Shown: positions 42,735-56,719 of the stretch, one piece after another
Numbering within the stretch: position 1 is the first letter of the stretch
Layout of the letters: every line of letters begins with the position of its first letter
Source of the DNA: the human T2T-CHM13v2.0 reference genome, Homo sapiens
Assembly (NCBI RefSeq): GCF_009914755.1
Contig: NC_060939.1
Strand: one strand, 5' to 3'
Length of the DNA stretch: 64,000 nucleotides
Notes under the pieces: generated by a model
Seen by the model: the letters and a program-made list of their open reading frames with translations, nothing else
Told to the model about the DNA's origin: nothing
Database searches by the model: none
Position numbers and translations under genes: made by a program

Positions 42735-43320
42735 TGGATGATTCCTTCAGGACGCAGATGAGGGACGGGTGGATGATTCCTTCCGGACGCAGATGAGGGA
42801 CGGGCGGATGACTTCCTTCCGGATGCAGATGAGGGACGGGTGGATGATTCCTTCCAGACGCAGATGAGGGACGGGCGGATGACTTCCTTCCGGACGCAGA
42901 TGAGCGACGGGCGGATGACTTCCTTCCGGACGCAGATGAGGGACGGGCGGATGACTTCCTTCCGGACGCAGATGAGGAACGAGCGGATGACTTCCTTCCG
43001 GACGCAGATGAGGAACGAGCGGATGACTTCCTTCCGGACGCAGATGAGGGACGGGCGGATGACTTCCTTCCGGACGCAGATGAGCGACGGGCGGATGACT
43101 TCCTTCCGGACGCAGATGAGGGACGGGCGGATGACTTCCTTCCGGACGCAGATGAGGGACGGGCGGATGACTTCCTTCCGGACGCAGATGAGCGACGGGC
43201 GGATGACTTCCTTCCGGACGCAGATGAGGGACGGGCGGATGACTTCCTTCCGGACGCAGATGAGGAAGGGATTCCTTCCGGACGCAGATGAGGGACGGGC
43301 GGATGATTCCTTCCGGACAC
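42735..43320. repeat. 36-bp CpG-rich VNTR, ~16 copies, inside the PRKXP1 coding remnant
   Basis: Unit gacgcagatgagggacgggcggatgacttccttccg, with some 35-bp variants and one truncated unit. Confidence 0.97.
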
Positions 43321-43329
43321 ACCTCTCAA

Positions 43330-43940
43330 TGTGCACGTGCTGCTCCTGCCAGGCGGATGACATCAGGAATGCTCATCAACTTGAGGGCGAAGAAATGCTT
43401 GGCGGTCTTCTCCTTCACCGGGTGCACCCGCCCGAACGTCCCAGTGCCCACGGTGGCCAGTGTGTCGAAGTCCTGCAGGCGGTGGGCAGGCGGCTCCGGC
43501 GACCAGGCCTTGGGGCTGGGGCAGAATGCAGGTGCCCAGCCGGGGGTCTCCTCCCACACCTCTCGGGGGTCGCTCTCCGCCACGGCCGCCTGGGCCAGTC
43601 GGGGCTCCTCCATGCGGACACACTCAGGTCCGGGGCACCGGGCCAGGCCGGAGCGCTCGGGTAGCCGGGCTTCCCGGGACGCAGCCTCGGAGGGCGGCGT
43701 GGTGGTGGCATCAACGGAGGCTCCCCATGCGTGCCCTCGCCTCCCAGCGCGCGGCCCGGCGCAGCTGACAACGCCTCCGGGTGGGAGCAGCTGCCGGCCT
43801 CGTCGGGGGGTGGGCACTGAGTGCCGCGCAGCAGCGGGGAAGATGGGGCCCGTGGCCCAGGCTGTGGGGGCAGGGAGGGGGCCCTGCGCATTCCCAGTCT
43901 CGCGCCCGCCGCCTCCTCCAGCTTGGTAGCCGCCAGCGTG
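43330..43940 (-). promoter_or_regulatory. CpG-rich region inherited from the PRKX 5' end
   Basis: Dense CpGs retained across the retrocopy 5'UTR and first codons. Confidence 0.6.
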
Positions 43941-44591
43941 CTCTACGGTGTTTTTGTTTGTTTTTTACCAGCTGATTCACAACTCAAGTAGCACAGTGAA
44001 GGTGGACAATTTGGACTGCCTAAGCATCCCAGCATTGTCTGTTCTACATATCACTATTCCAAATGGCATGCTGCTGTGTTTGTGAATCCAGCCTCCCACA
44101 TTGGGTATGTCACCATTGGCCTATAACAACTGGAATGACACATCTTCACTAGAGGCAGGCCTTGGCCATCCTCCACAGCAGACTATTGAGTAACAAAATA
44201 AGCAGTACTATTTATTTACTTCTTACTATGCTGTTTAAAAAAAAAGCCTCTGATGAAATCCTGGTGGCTTCTTCTCTGTTCTTACCAATCCAGGAAGTGT
44301 AGAGAGCTGTTGAGCCCTGTTTCCAAATCCCCAGGTGAAGCTGCGCTGACATGCCTTCTGTCCATACAGCCCTTTCCAAGACTCAGCTATTTGTGATCAC
44401 CCCCAAATGTTACCCTGATTCTATTACCAATTTGTAATAAAACTCACTTGTATGGTGGAAAGGCTGTTGCCAATTAATTTTATTTTCGTCACCCATTTTC
44501 CCTTCCATGTAATCGTCAAATTGTTTATTGTACATATTAAAAATGACACACAATCAAGAGGGCATATGCTATATTCAAGCAAAGAATGCTA

Positions 44592-44941
<350 letters not shown>

Positions 44942-45323
44942 TCAGGGGAACCCTTTCTCTTTATTGTGGAGAAAAATAGCACAATCAGAAAAAAAATTAA
45001 AAGATAATTTTCAGGAAAACTGACAGTTAAAAATCCAATTCTGTTTTACACAAGTAGTCTTTTGTGTTTTGCAGAAAAACAAATATCTGTTGATTTGGAG
45101 ATGGACAATATATGGTCCTTAGCAAATAAAAGAAGTTTAGCTGTGGGGAAACCTGCACTTCCTCATAATTTATTGAATAGCTTAAAAAGATGTCATCAGC
45201 AATTATAAGTGTGCTTCTGGGGTGCTTACTTCACAGGCCTCAAAGGGAGAAATGAGTCTGACAGGAGGCTTGAGGCACTTAAAAAACACACAGACATTCT
45301 GATTGCCACCCCTAGAAAGTGCC

Positions 45324-45451
45324 TTTTTTTTTTTTTTAAAGTTACAAAATATGAAATGCTTCATAAATTTACATGTCATCCTTGAGCAGGGGCCATGCTA
45401 ATCTTCTCTGTATCATTCCAATTTTAGTATATGTGCTGCCAATATAAGCAT
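45324..45451 (-). pseudogene. U6 snRNA retropseudogene
   Basis: Full U6 antisense at 45346-45451, poly(A) at 45324-45337; TSD agaaagtgc(c/t)ttt at 45314 and 45452. Confidence 0.95.
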
Positions 45452-45469
45452 AGAAAGTGCTTTTCAGAT

Positions 45470-45718
45470 GGCCAGGCACAGTGGCTCATGCCTGTAATCC
45501 CAGCACTTTGGGAGGCCTAGGTGGGCAGATCACCTGAGGTCAGGAGTTAGAGACCAGCCTGACCAACACTAAGAAACCCTGTCTCTACTAAAAATACAAA
45601 ATTAGCTGGGTGTGGTGGTGCATGCCTGTAATACCAGCTGCTTGGTAGGCAGAGGCAGGAGAATTGCTTGAACCCAGAAGGTGGAGGTTGTGGTGAGCCA
45701 GGATAGTGCCATTGCACA
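45470..45718 (+). mobile_element. AluS, 3'-truncated
   Basis: Ends at gccattgcac with no tail. Confidence 0.85.
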
Positions 45719-45866
45719 TTTTTCAGGTAAAACCATGCTTCAACTCTACTGCCTTCAATGATTGGGTAGGCTCTACCAAACAGCAAACACCTGAGCCATT
45801 CTCACTGGAAAGAAAATCACAGGCAGATCACATTCCATATCTCAATGCTTCTAAATATCAGAGAAC

Positions 45867-45990
45867 TGCTGGGACAGTGGTGTGTGCCTGTAATCTCAGC
45901 TACTTGGGAGGCTGAGGCAGGAGGATCCTTTGAGCCCAGGAGTTTGAGACTAGTCTGGGCAACATAGTGAGATTCCATTGCAAAAAAACA
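45867..45990 (+). mobile_element. Alu monomer (FLAM-like)
   Basis: gctgggacagtggtgtgtgcctgtaatctcagctac...ggagtttgagactagtctgggcaacatagtgaga. Confidence 0.75.
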
Positions 45991-47615
45991 GTATGTGAAG
46001 TAAATTTAAAATAAATATCAGAGAAGTGTACTTTGAAAACAAAGCAAAAATCCTGAAAAGGAAAAACACAAGCAATCCAGGGTGTACACAAGCATGTATT
46101 GTACCCAATGCAGTAAGTAACTGGACTACAGTTCATTCCAACTACTTGGTAAGGTTCATTGTGAACTGCAAACTTAGAAAGGGATCACTGTTTGCTTTTC
46201 CTTTATCTTAAAAAAATATATAGGCCAGCTTTGCAATTAAGAGGGGATACATGGTGTTTACTGTAAAGGCTTTGATGTGAGTTCAGTTCTACCCTCTTTA
46301 AAATAACCAGAAAAACTCAGAAATGGTTTGCTAGTCTGATCTATGATCCTACTGTTAGAAAAGGCATTTTGTCAACCATAATTTTCGAATGTGCATTTTG
46401 ATAAAGCAAGACAATTTTTATACTGTCATAAGTGACAATCAAGACCAATTAAAGTTTAATATTTAGGTCAAGTGTCCAAACATCTGGGCAGTCCATGTCT
46501 GCCAAGCGCAGCCCTAGTGGGTTGTGTTAAGGAAGAGGTAGGAGGTACAGCAGCAAGTCCAGCTGGTGCCCAGGGAGATATTTTGGATTTCTGGAACATT
46601 GCCTTTGGTGATTGTGTTAAAACTATTTCTGACTTGAATGGTATTGTTTTCAGCCTGTCATTTCAAAGGTGCAACCCAAAATGCCAGTATTATTTGTGTG
46701 CAGAGAATACAAATAAATTGAAAACCACCATCCTTGGTTTCTACCTCTTCCCCTCCTGTGCACACTTGAGTCCACCTAAAATTTCTCTCTTAAACATCAT
46801 CAGCTACTTCCTAAGGGTCAAACCATCTGGTGGTTTCTCGGATCTCATCCCACTGTTGCTCTCAGAGATACTAAACCCCACATAAATTTTCCTTCTCAAA
46901 GCTCTATAAAACCTTTCTTAGTTTCCTCATAGAATTTTCTGTTCTCCTGCCTCAAATTTCCCTCAATTTCCTTATTCTATCCAGTACTCCCCCGACCCAC
47001 CCTCACCTTTTCTCTCTCCATTCTCAGGGCAATCACACTTTCTTCTACGATTTTCATAATACTTGTACACAAATGACTCATATTTGGCTCTGTCCTTCTA
47101 ATTTCCAACAGAGCATTTCTAACTCTCTGCTGGATGCCACGCTGTGCTGATAACAGTGTCAGAAGTCACTCAGGTGAGAACTGAACTTTTCTTCCTCCTA
47201 AGGCTTCCTACTTTCTTATTTCAGTAAACAGAGCAGCATCTCAGCATGCCAGTGAAACGATGGCTCTTTATTTCAGGTTGATCCTGTTCCTCCTTTTTAA
47301 ATTCTTTTTTCCAGTTATACTTGCACACATTATTTAAAGACTAAGTCTTTCAGTTCTAAAAACTTTCCTTGAATTTCTTTTATACTTTCTCTTTTCCAGT
47401 CCTTTTTTCTCTTTCTGATACTTCTATTATTCAATTATTGGACCTTGGTGACCAGTTCTCACATTATATCATCTCTCTCTCTCCTATTTTCTAATTTCTT
47501 TGTCCTATTGCTGTAAAATCTAGATTTCCTCAACTTATTTTTACTACATTTCTACTTTTTCATTTTTGCTATCACATTATTAATTTATAAGAGGTATTTT
47601 TTTCCCCACTGAATA

Positions 47616-48026
<411 letters not shown>

Positions 48027-48668
48027 TAGAGGCTTTCCCCTAATTCCTGATGATCCTTGGCTATTCACTCACATTATATGTAAGAGTGAGCCACTTAAAT
48101 GCCAGTTAGCTCTATGTACATGGTGATATTTGCCACTATGGGCTTCATAGTAGGGTGATTTGGCTGGGTAATTCATTTGGGGAACCCCAATATCAGTGTC
48201 TTTAGATCTTTTTTCTTGGGTTTGTTAAATTCCCCAGAAAAGTCTCTTCTAGCCTCCTACTTAGAGTTAGAAGTGTTTTGGCAATAGGGTTGGGGAGAAG
48301 GCCAGGGAGGATGGTGGTTATATTTAGTATGTAAATGTTTAATTAATCCTGTTTTCAGTATGTTATTCCTATCTCCAGCTATGTCTGGTGTTCCCCAGTC
48401 CAAAGACCTGTTGTTTCACACTCTCCCGGAATTAACCTCTAATCTGCTAGGTGGTGGAGGGAGCAATGGCTAACTACATGGAATGGGGCAGAGGATCTAG
48501 AAGTAATTGTTTCCTGAATTGCTTTTCCACCCACCACCCCATGGTACAGCATGGTACTCAAGACTACAAGCTCCTGAGCCTTCAGAAGAATCCAGCTCAT
48601 AAGTCAGGTTTTTCAGTTTTCCCCATTCCAGATAGGAATGTAATGTTCCTGGGTCGACTAAGTTAGTT

Positions 48669-49332
48669 TGAACCCGCCACTGCAAAATTGTAACTGGGAC
48701 AGTGGAAGAGATCGGACTTAACCAACTCCATCTTGCTTCTTACCTCCAAGCTGTCCTTGTTCATCCCTGGGCATAGGCTGAACTAATTTTGAGAGGAATT
48801 TATAGTTTAAAACAAAGATAAGAGGCAAATCCCCTTCTTGCCTGGGGACGAGACTGCCTTTGTAGGATTAACAAATTAGTCACAAGATTAGAAATTATGG
48901 TTTAGGAGTCATGCAGCTGGAGGCTGCAAGATTCTGACCCTCCCTAAACTGCTCCTAAGTCAGGAACTATTTTGTAGACCCTGCACTTGATGGATCAGCT
49001 GGCACCACCCAGATCCATAAACTGGCTCATCTGATCTTGGTTCTTGTGGCCCCCACCCAGGAACTGACTCAGCACAAGAAGACAGCTTTAATTCCCTGAT
49101 CTCTTCTCTTTCCCAACCAATCAGCACTCTTGACTCACATCCCCTTCCCACCAAATTATCCTTAAAAACTCTGATCCCTGAATGCTCGGAAAGACCGATT
49201 TGAGTTATAATAAAACTCCAGTCTCCCCTACAGCCGGCTCTGTGTGAATTACTCTTTCTTTATTGAAATTCCTGTCTTGATAAATCGGCTTCGTTTAGGG
49301 AGTGGGAAAGATGAACCCACTGGGCGGTTACG
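48669..49332 (+). mobile_element. LTR8-like ERV1 solo LTR
   Basis: Begins tgaacccgccactgcaaaattgtaactg, ends gaacccactgggcggttacg; 4-bp TSD agtt. Confidence 0.8.
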
Positions 49333-50464
49333 AGTTTTCAACCTACCTACCTTTGAGCTTCCAAAATTGTTTTCTCCTTTTCCATTTTGTCCGCATGTGT
49401 CTTGTTGCTTGTGATTTGGCCTCTTTATTGTTGTTAGTGGGTGTCTGAGGGCAGAAAAGCTGATGTGAGCATTCAGCCAGGCCTGGATCCCATTCCCATT
49501 GCCCTTGCCTTCAGTGGGATTTCTGCAATAAACTCTTCCACTCTATTGTGGCAATAAACTCTAGCCACTATATTGCCACTAAAGTCACTTTCTTCAAATA
49601 CAAAACCAGTCATTTACTCAAAAACCTCATCAGCTGTCCACTGTGTATAGAAAAGTCAATACTCCATAGCACATCACCCTAGGTCTTGGATGACCTGACT
49701 CCAGTATAAGTTTATAGTGTGACTTATACCACCTACCACACATATCCAAATCTGCAACAATTTTAGTTTTAATAGTGTACATCCCTCATCTTCTATCTTG
49801 AAGGCAGGAATAAATTATGTAGGGAGTCTGAGAAGAGGTTGGAACCCAACTACCTGAATCCATTACTTCAGCTCTGCCACTTTACTGGCTGGGTGATCTT
49901 GGGCAAGCTACTTAATCTCCATGTCTGCAAAACAAGAATAATAATAATAATAATAATAATGATAATAGGACCTACTTTCTAACATTGTTACAAGGATTAG
50001 AAGAGCACTTAACAGTGGCTAGCAAGTAGGAAGTGCAAGGTAAGGATAATGATTATAATTCTCTGCACATCTGTCTCCTCCAGTAGATTATCAAGTTCCT
50101 GGAGAAGGATCACTTCTCATTTATTCAACATTTGTGCTGTGCCTATGATGTAACGATGTAAAAAGAGCTTAGCAAATGGAAAGACTGTCGACTTATGGTT
50201 CAAATATAATGTGACAAATGATACAACACAGGAAAGAGCAAAGCACAGAGAATAGAGCATGCAGAATTGAATGGTGAAGAACGGATGGGGGAAGGCTTCA
50301 CAATCTAACACTGAAGATGGGGCTTGATGAATGAATATGTAAGAGCCAAGAGTTGTGCAAGGAACAGTGGATGGGGAGAAAACCACAGACAGCCTGGAGA
50401 AGCAGGTTGGGGCCAGTTGCACAAGGCCCTGCATAACCTGTTTACCATACAATTTATTGTTTGA

Positions 50465-50868
<404 letters not shown>

Positions 50869-51656
50869 TGACATTTTAAAAATAAATCAGGACACACTCC
50901 CAAATGATGTTGAACAAAAGAATACATAATCTATGACTCCATTTATAAAAGAAAGAGAAAACCAGGCAAAGATTGTCTCTGTTGTCTCAGTTCATGACAC
51001 AGTTACCTTCAGGGGTGGACAGTGACAGGGAGAGGATTCAAGAGGGACTTCTGGGTGCCTCATGCTATTTCTTGATCTGGGGACTGGCTCCACAGGTGTG
51101 CTGTTTCTGAAAATTCAACAAGCTGTATACTTATAGTGCACTTTTCTGTATCTCTTCTGCTTTAAAATAAGTCAGGTGCACAGCACCATGTGCTCACTTG
51201 TATTTCCATATGCTTTTACTGGAAGGGGTGAGGTTACAGACTGCTCTTGTGTTGTACTCTGGGAATTCACTGTGCAGACATGCATCAATAGTTTTGTGTT
51301 CCTTTAAGAAGTAACTCTGGGAATAGCGCTTAGATGCTCAGAAAGGCCAAGGATAGTGATCACACCAGCCAAGGGTCACCTTTAGCAAGAGCAGGGCTTA
51401 GTGAGTGTGTGATGAATTGACTTACACTCGAGTTAGTTATAAATGTAGAGATTCTGAAACACCAACTTCGCATATCTGTAAGATTGCTTTTCCCTCATTT
51501 TACATGTAATGAGGGGCTGACAGTTCCTTGCTAACCTTATAGAGAAACACAAGTCAAAACCACATCTGCATAAGCATGAGTTATAATGCATTCAACATTT
51601 ATGTACCCTTAGGAACAAGAGTCGATTTTTTTTTCCCAGTTATTTCCATCAAAAAA

Positions 51657-52000
51657 CAGCCATGTGTCACATGACAGGGACATGTTCTGAGAAATGAGCT
51701 GTAAGGCAATTTTGTTGTCATGTCATGTATGTCACAGAGTATACTCAACAAACCTAGATGGCATAGCCTACTACACACCTAGGCTATATGGTATAGCCCA
51801 TTGCTCCTAGGCTACAAACCTGTACACAGCATGTTACTGTACTGAATACTGTAGGCAACTGTAACACAATAGTAAGTATGCGTGTATCTAAACATGCCTA
51901 AACATAGGACAGTCACAGTAAAAATAACGGCTTGATAGTCTTATGGGACCACTGTACTATGTGGTCTGTTATTGAAATATCCTAATGCAGTGCTGCATGT
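51657..52000. mobile_element. Tigger3-like DNA transposon remnant
   Basis: acaaacctagatggcatagcctactacacacctaggctatatggtatagcc..tgctcctaggctacaaacctgtac. Confidence 0.75.
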
Positions 52001-52974
52001 ATCCCACTAAAAATAGTACAAAAAGATGAGACTTTGTCTTCCACATCAGACCTGTCTCCCAAGGCAACCACTATTATGACTTTCTTATGTAGTCTTACAT
52101 ACATATTTTATACATGCACAAAAGCATATATATGAATGTGTATTACTCCCGCCCTGCTTCTTTCCCTAAATAATTGCAAGCCCCATGTATTTACTTGTTT
52201 TTTACTGGAGATGTTTCACATCCACAAACGTGCATAGAACGCATCTACCATTCCACTGACTATACAAATTCTGACTTACTTTACCAGGTATTTCTAGTAA
52301 AACTCTAAAACCTTAACATTTTTTACAAACTATGTGGCATCCTTGAATACACATTCTTTGACGTGCTTTTTCAATTACGGTAGAAACTGCCTTAACGCAT
52401 AGCCTCACCGACAGCATGTTAAAACGCAAACCTTTTGACCTTTGCATTGCTATTTGGCTAACACTGGTACTTCGCTGTTATTTTAATCGGCAACCTTCTA
52501 TTTAGCTCCACTGATTTTTCCATGTCTACCTGAATTAAGTACTAAACTGTTTCGAATACCATAGCCTTAATATATATTTTAATGTGCGGTAGGTTTAGTC
52601 TTTGTTCTGTTTCTCTGCAAAGAGATCATTAAAAAAAAATGTACAGGCAATATTTTAGACTGCCTTAATGCCAGACTTCGCAGCACAATATAGCTATTGC
52701 TCCTATTACACAAACATATTACAATGGAATTTACGGCTTCCCCTCAAGAATATGGAACATAATTATTCATGTCACAATTTTAAATAGGAAAATTAGTGAT
52801 TAAATTTTTTTTTAGAAAGAATCATGTTCATACAGTAGGCCAGGTATAATCACTTCTCAAAGAAACGGCTAAGATTTTACATTTGTAATATATCGCTTTC
52901 TGTGTAAATACCCCAGAAGGAAATAGTAACTGTATTTGGTTAGTGACTCTCCTGGATTCAAGTCCATCAAGGAC

Positions 52975-53345
52975 ACATGAAAGTGGCCATATCTGGGATT
53001 AGGGTCTTTGCAGCTGTCATCAAGTTGAGATCATACTGGATGAGGGTGGGTCCTAGTCCAATGACCGATGTCCTTGTAGGAGGGAAACTGGACACAGACA
53101 CAGGAAAATGCCATGTGAGGCAGGAACTGGAGTGACGCCACTACAAGACAAGGGACACCATGGCTGGCTGGCTGCCACCAGAAGCCAGAAAGGGGCAGGG
53201 TGGGATTCTTCTCCAGACCCTGAGGGCATTGCCCTGCTGAAGCCTGAGTTTGGATTCTGGCCTCCAAAACTATGAGGATAATTCCAGGTGTCTGAAGCTG
53301 CGGCACACGTGGCAAGTTGTTACGGCAGCCCTAGCTGAGGAACGC
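52975..53345 (+). mobile_element. MLT1-type MaLR LTR
   Basis: agggtctttgcag..gagatcatactggatgagggtgggtcctagtccaatgac...gttacggcagccctag. Confidence 0.75.
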
Positions 53346-53495
53346 AATCACCACCCCCGATTTTGTGTCACTTAGAACTGCCATAAATCTCCAGTGGTAT
53401 ATAGCTATAATGAGTGACTTGTCACTTGATGTCTCTTTTTCAGTCACTAGGTTGCTTCCAATAAGGCAAAAAGTAAGAACTTGTCTAGAAAACCC

Positions 53496-53795
53496 AGCCG
53501 GGCACAGTGGCTCATGCCTGTAATCCCAGCACTTCGGGAGGGCGGACAGGCGGATCACTTGAGGTCAGGAGTTTGAGACCAGCCTGGCAACATGGTGAAA
53601 CCCCCGTCTCTACTAAAAATACAAAAATTAGCTGGGCGTGGTGGCGGGCACCTGTAATTCCAGCTACTCGGGAGACTGAGGCAGGAGAATTGCTTGAACC
53701 CAGGAGGTGGAGGTTGCAGTGAGTCGAGTCACGCCACTGCACTCCGGCCTGAGCGACAGAATGAGATTCTGTCTCAAAAAAAAAAAAAAAAAAAG
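53496..53795 (+). mobile_element. AluS ~100 bp downstream of the LINS1 stop (antisense to LINS1)
   Basis: Dimeric Alu; TSD agaaaaccc. Confidence 0.95.
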
Positions 53796-53891
53796 AAAAC
53801 CCTTTTATGGTGATGATTTTATACTATTACCTCATTGAGACATAATTTATATTAAGGAAAAACAATACCTGGAAAATAAAATGTCAATGTT

Positions 53892-54771
53892 TTACAAAGT
53901 GTTCATAGTTTTATTACTTATCACCTCTATGTATTTTAACAACTTCAAAAGTGCAGTTGGATTATATGGGAAAAGATTTTTCTTTTGCAAACGGCAGATG
54001 GCATCTTGTAGTTCCTGGAAGCATTTTACTATTCTGTAAAATATTCCCACTTCAGAGACGACATCATTTGGGGCTACTTCACAATCAAAGGAGAAGGCAG
54101 TATCAAATTCTTTCAGAACCAGAGGCCTTGATGGAGGCTCAAGGCTAAATTCTTTTTTATCCCTGCTTGTCCCAGCTGCATCCTGAATCTCCTTAGTTGC
54201 TTGCTGGTGTAAAGATGTCTGTTTACTGTTAGCTAAACACTGCTCTGTGGATTCCACGTCAGAATCGTCAGAGCTGTCGTAATCTACCAGACTTTGAGAG
54301 GCCCGGGGGGAAGACAGACTAGAAGCACACATGGTGTGAGCCCCCTTGGACATCACAGCTTTCAGTGGTTCAGAGGGAGCATCGGAAGCCCAGGAGTGCC
54401 GAGCACACACATCTCTGTGACTATGAGGAGCAGTCAAACGATGGGGTATTGTTTGGTTGGAGCTTTGGTCTTGGACAAGTGAGGGGACACAGCCACAAAT
54501 ACTTATGTCATATTTAGATTCAGTTGCATCAAAGTTATTGCAAATGGTGAAAAAATTATCCCAGTCCTTTTGCAGTAATTTTAAATATCTAACAAAATAT
54601 TCAAGAAAACAGGTTTCTGATGAAATCAAAAAGTCAAGAAGAACTGTGGAATCAAATCCTATATTTTTCAAGAAGAACAAGAAAATACAGTGAGGATTAT
54701 AGCCATTTTCATGTGTGTGATGGTCCCACATTTCTTTTCCCTGAGTCAAGCTTTCAGTGGCTTCACATCCT
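53892..54771 (-). CDS. LINS1: LINS1 (lines homolog 1) last coding exon
   Basis: Acceptor cattttcag|AG at 54772-54773; ORF GCEATESLTQGKEMW...NKTMNTL* with Lines C-terminal NLFPYNPTALLKLL; phase matches the upstream exon (AG|A = Arg). Confidence 0.95.
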
Positions 54772-55019
54772 CTGAAAATGAAGATAATGGAGAATGCAGA
54801 TTAATGACCTTACAAAAATAAACAGTTTTACCAGATATAATTCACATACCATAAATTAACCTATTAGATTACTTTTAAATCTATGCATCACTTCTTAAAA
54901 GAAAAAATTTCAAAACCCATTCCCTTCCCCATAAGCTCTAAAGAAATCTGACTCAGTAAAGCAAAATCCACTGACTTTGGCAGTTCTAGTTTTTGTCTGC
55001 CCAATAAAAGTTATCTGTT

Positions 55020-55500
55020 GTTCTTTCTCTCGACATCAGAACTCCTCATTCTTATAGGTAACCAATTCCATGTGGTAAGATAATTCCTAAACCTCCTTCC
55101 TTACCCTCAACAAGGGTGGGCATGTGACCCAGATTGACCAATCAGAGCACTCCATGCTCCTGGCCACAATGACTGGTTCTGACAAGGCTCTGTGACCCAA
55201 GTGGGTTAATCAGGTCTCCCCTGGGACTTTTGCTGGAGCTATGGAAGATTATAACTGTAAGGCTGAGGTACGCCTTGAACTGCCGGTGGCCATGCCTTGA
55301 GAATGAATTCAAAACTGTGAGACAGAGAAAAATTGAGAAGTGATTGATGACATGATTGATTATAGTCCCTGTACATATAGTTATACCTGACTCCAACTTG
55401 ACCCTTTAGAATTCCCAGTTATGAGCCAATAAATGCTGGCTTTTGCTCAAATTAGAGTTGGTTTCTATCATTTACAACCAAAAAAATCTTAACAAATACA
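55020..55500. mobile_element. Old ERVL LTR remnant (LTR16-like)
   Basis: aagggtgggcatgtgacccag..tgaccaatcagagcactccat..cctggccaca..gactggttc...gagccaataaa. Confidence 0.5.
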
Positions 55501-56547
55501 ACTACATCTGAAAAAAACTATCTATGTTGTAAGCACATGCCTCTCTGGACACACTGAACTGGATTCAGAAAGTGAGAAATTCACACACAAAGTCAGTTTC
55601 ATTCAGGGGTTTCCACTTCCTGAGGAGTAAGGAGCTAACTTTGAGTACAATTAAGATACACTCTTACAGGCGTGTGCATTTTCAGACTGAACTTGTATTT
55701 GACCATTTTGAACCTAATTCAAATCACATGCAGGAATTTTGTGTTCTTGATTAGGACCTTTTGAAAATTGGCCCCAAACACTCAAGAGTCTAAGAGCAGC
55801 CATTGCCAGCAGTGTCATAATACAAGTAAGTACTGGCGGCACAACGCTGCACCACAGATCATTAGCAAGAAATCCCTTTCTCCCAGGCCAAGAAAGAAAT
55901 GGAAATAAAGCAAATATGTGAGGGTTTTAATAAAGCAGAAGCAGAAACAGTGGAAAAGGTCATCGGTTATTAGCTTCATAACCAATTATAGATATTTGCC
56001 ACAAGAAGATATTAACCCAAGTACAGCTATTTTAATAAAGCAGAGACAATCAGTATAAATCATCAGTAACATAACTTAACCAATTTCAGACATTTGCCTC
56101 AAGAAGGTATCAGCCCAAATTCGACTGAAACGAAAATTCAGAACAGCTTCTTTGATTATTTCTAAGTTTGTATTCACCTTTACAAAGGCAAAGATCATCT
56201 TACTGAAGCTTAATACAAAAAAGTAAGTCTTAGGGGTGAAAAGAGGTCTTAAATGAACAACAATTAAGATTCAGAGAAGTGTACTGACTTACTGGAGACC
56301 AAATCAGAAGCCATGTTTTCAGATACCAATCTAGTTATACTACCTGAGAACTGCCCAGCCAGCCAGGTTTTCCTAGCGATACAAATGCAATCTCCTTTTC
56401 ATGTAAGTCAGGGTTAAAGAAAGGAACTGCAACAGGATGTTTTCCCCCAAATGATGAAAGTAAGCAACACGCCCAGCACATTCTCAGAAATGTTTTCTGC
56501 TTTCCTGACTTGTAGGCCGTTCAATAATTACTTTAAAATACACTAAC

Positions 56548-56719
56548 CTGGTCAGTGTTAAGTAGATGCCCAGTGATGCCTTGGCAGCCTCCAGCATGTC
56601 ATCGTCTTGTTCTATGAAAACCCGAGACAGCCATTTGCACGGATTGTGTAATTGCAGAGAGGGCTGAAGATGAGGCTTTAAGAAGGTCAGTAACTCAGAC
56701 ATGAACCTCTGTAAGTCAA
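56548..56719 (-). CDS. LINS1: LINS1 penultimate coding exon (172 bp)
   Basis: Acceptor ttttttgaag|TTGAC and donor ACCAG|gttagt; VDLQRFMSELL...FIEQDDDMLEAAK...LTLTR. Confidence 0.93.

Larger units (their letters stand above)
36360..43936 (-). pseudogene. PRKXP1: Processed pseudogene of protein kinase X (PRKX), near-full-length mRNA copy
   Basis: Intronless kinase remnants ([21 protein letters not shown]-terminal EIFKNF); ATG at 43611-43613, stop at 41968-41970; frameshift after IRL and TAG at 42695; long 3'UTR, AATAAA at 36387-36392, poly(A) at 36360-36369; degenerate TSD catgctacagtttt / cgtgctctacggtgtttt. Confidence 0.95.

Noticed and set aside
41968-43613. PRKXP1 as an intact functional kinase retrogene
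   Set aside because: Frameshift after IRL, VNTR insertion, TAG at 42695, deletions and an out-of-frame microsatellite; the native ATG gives only a 95-aa fragment.
42559-43929. Long repetitive ORFs on both strands (e.g. 42840-43664 +, 42559-43329 -)
   Set aside because: Translations of the 36-bp VNTR and GC-rich pseudogene sequence.
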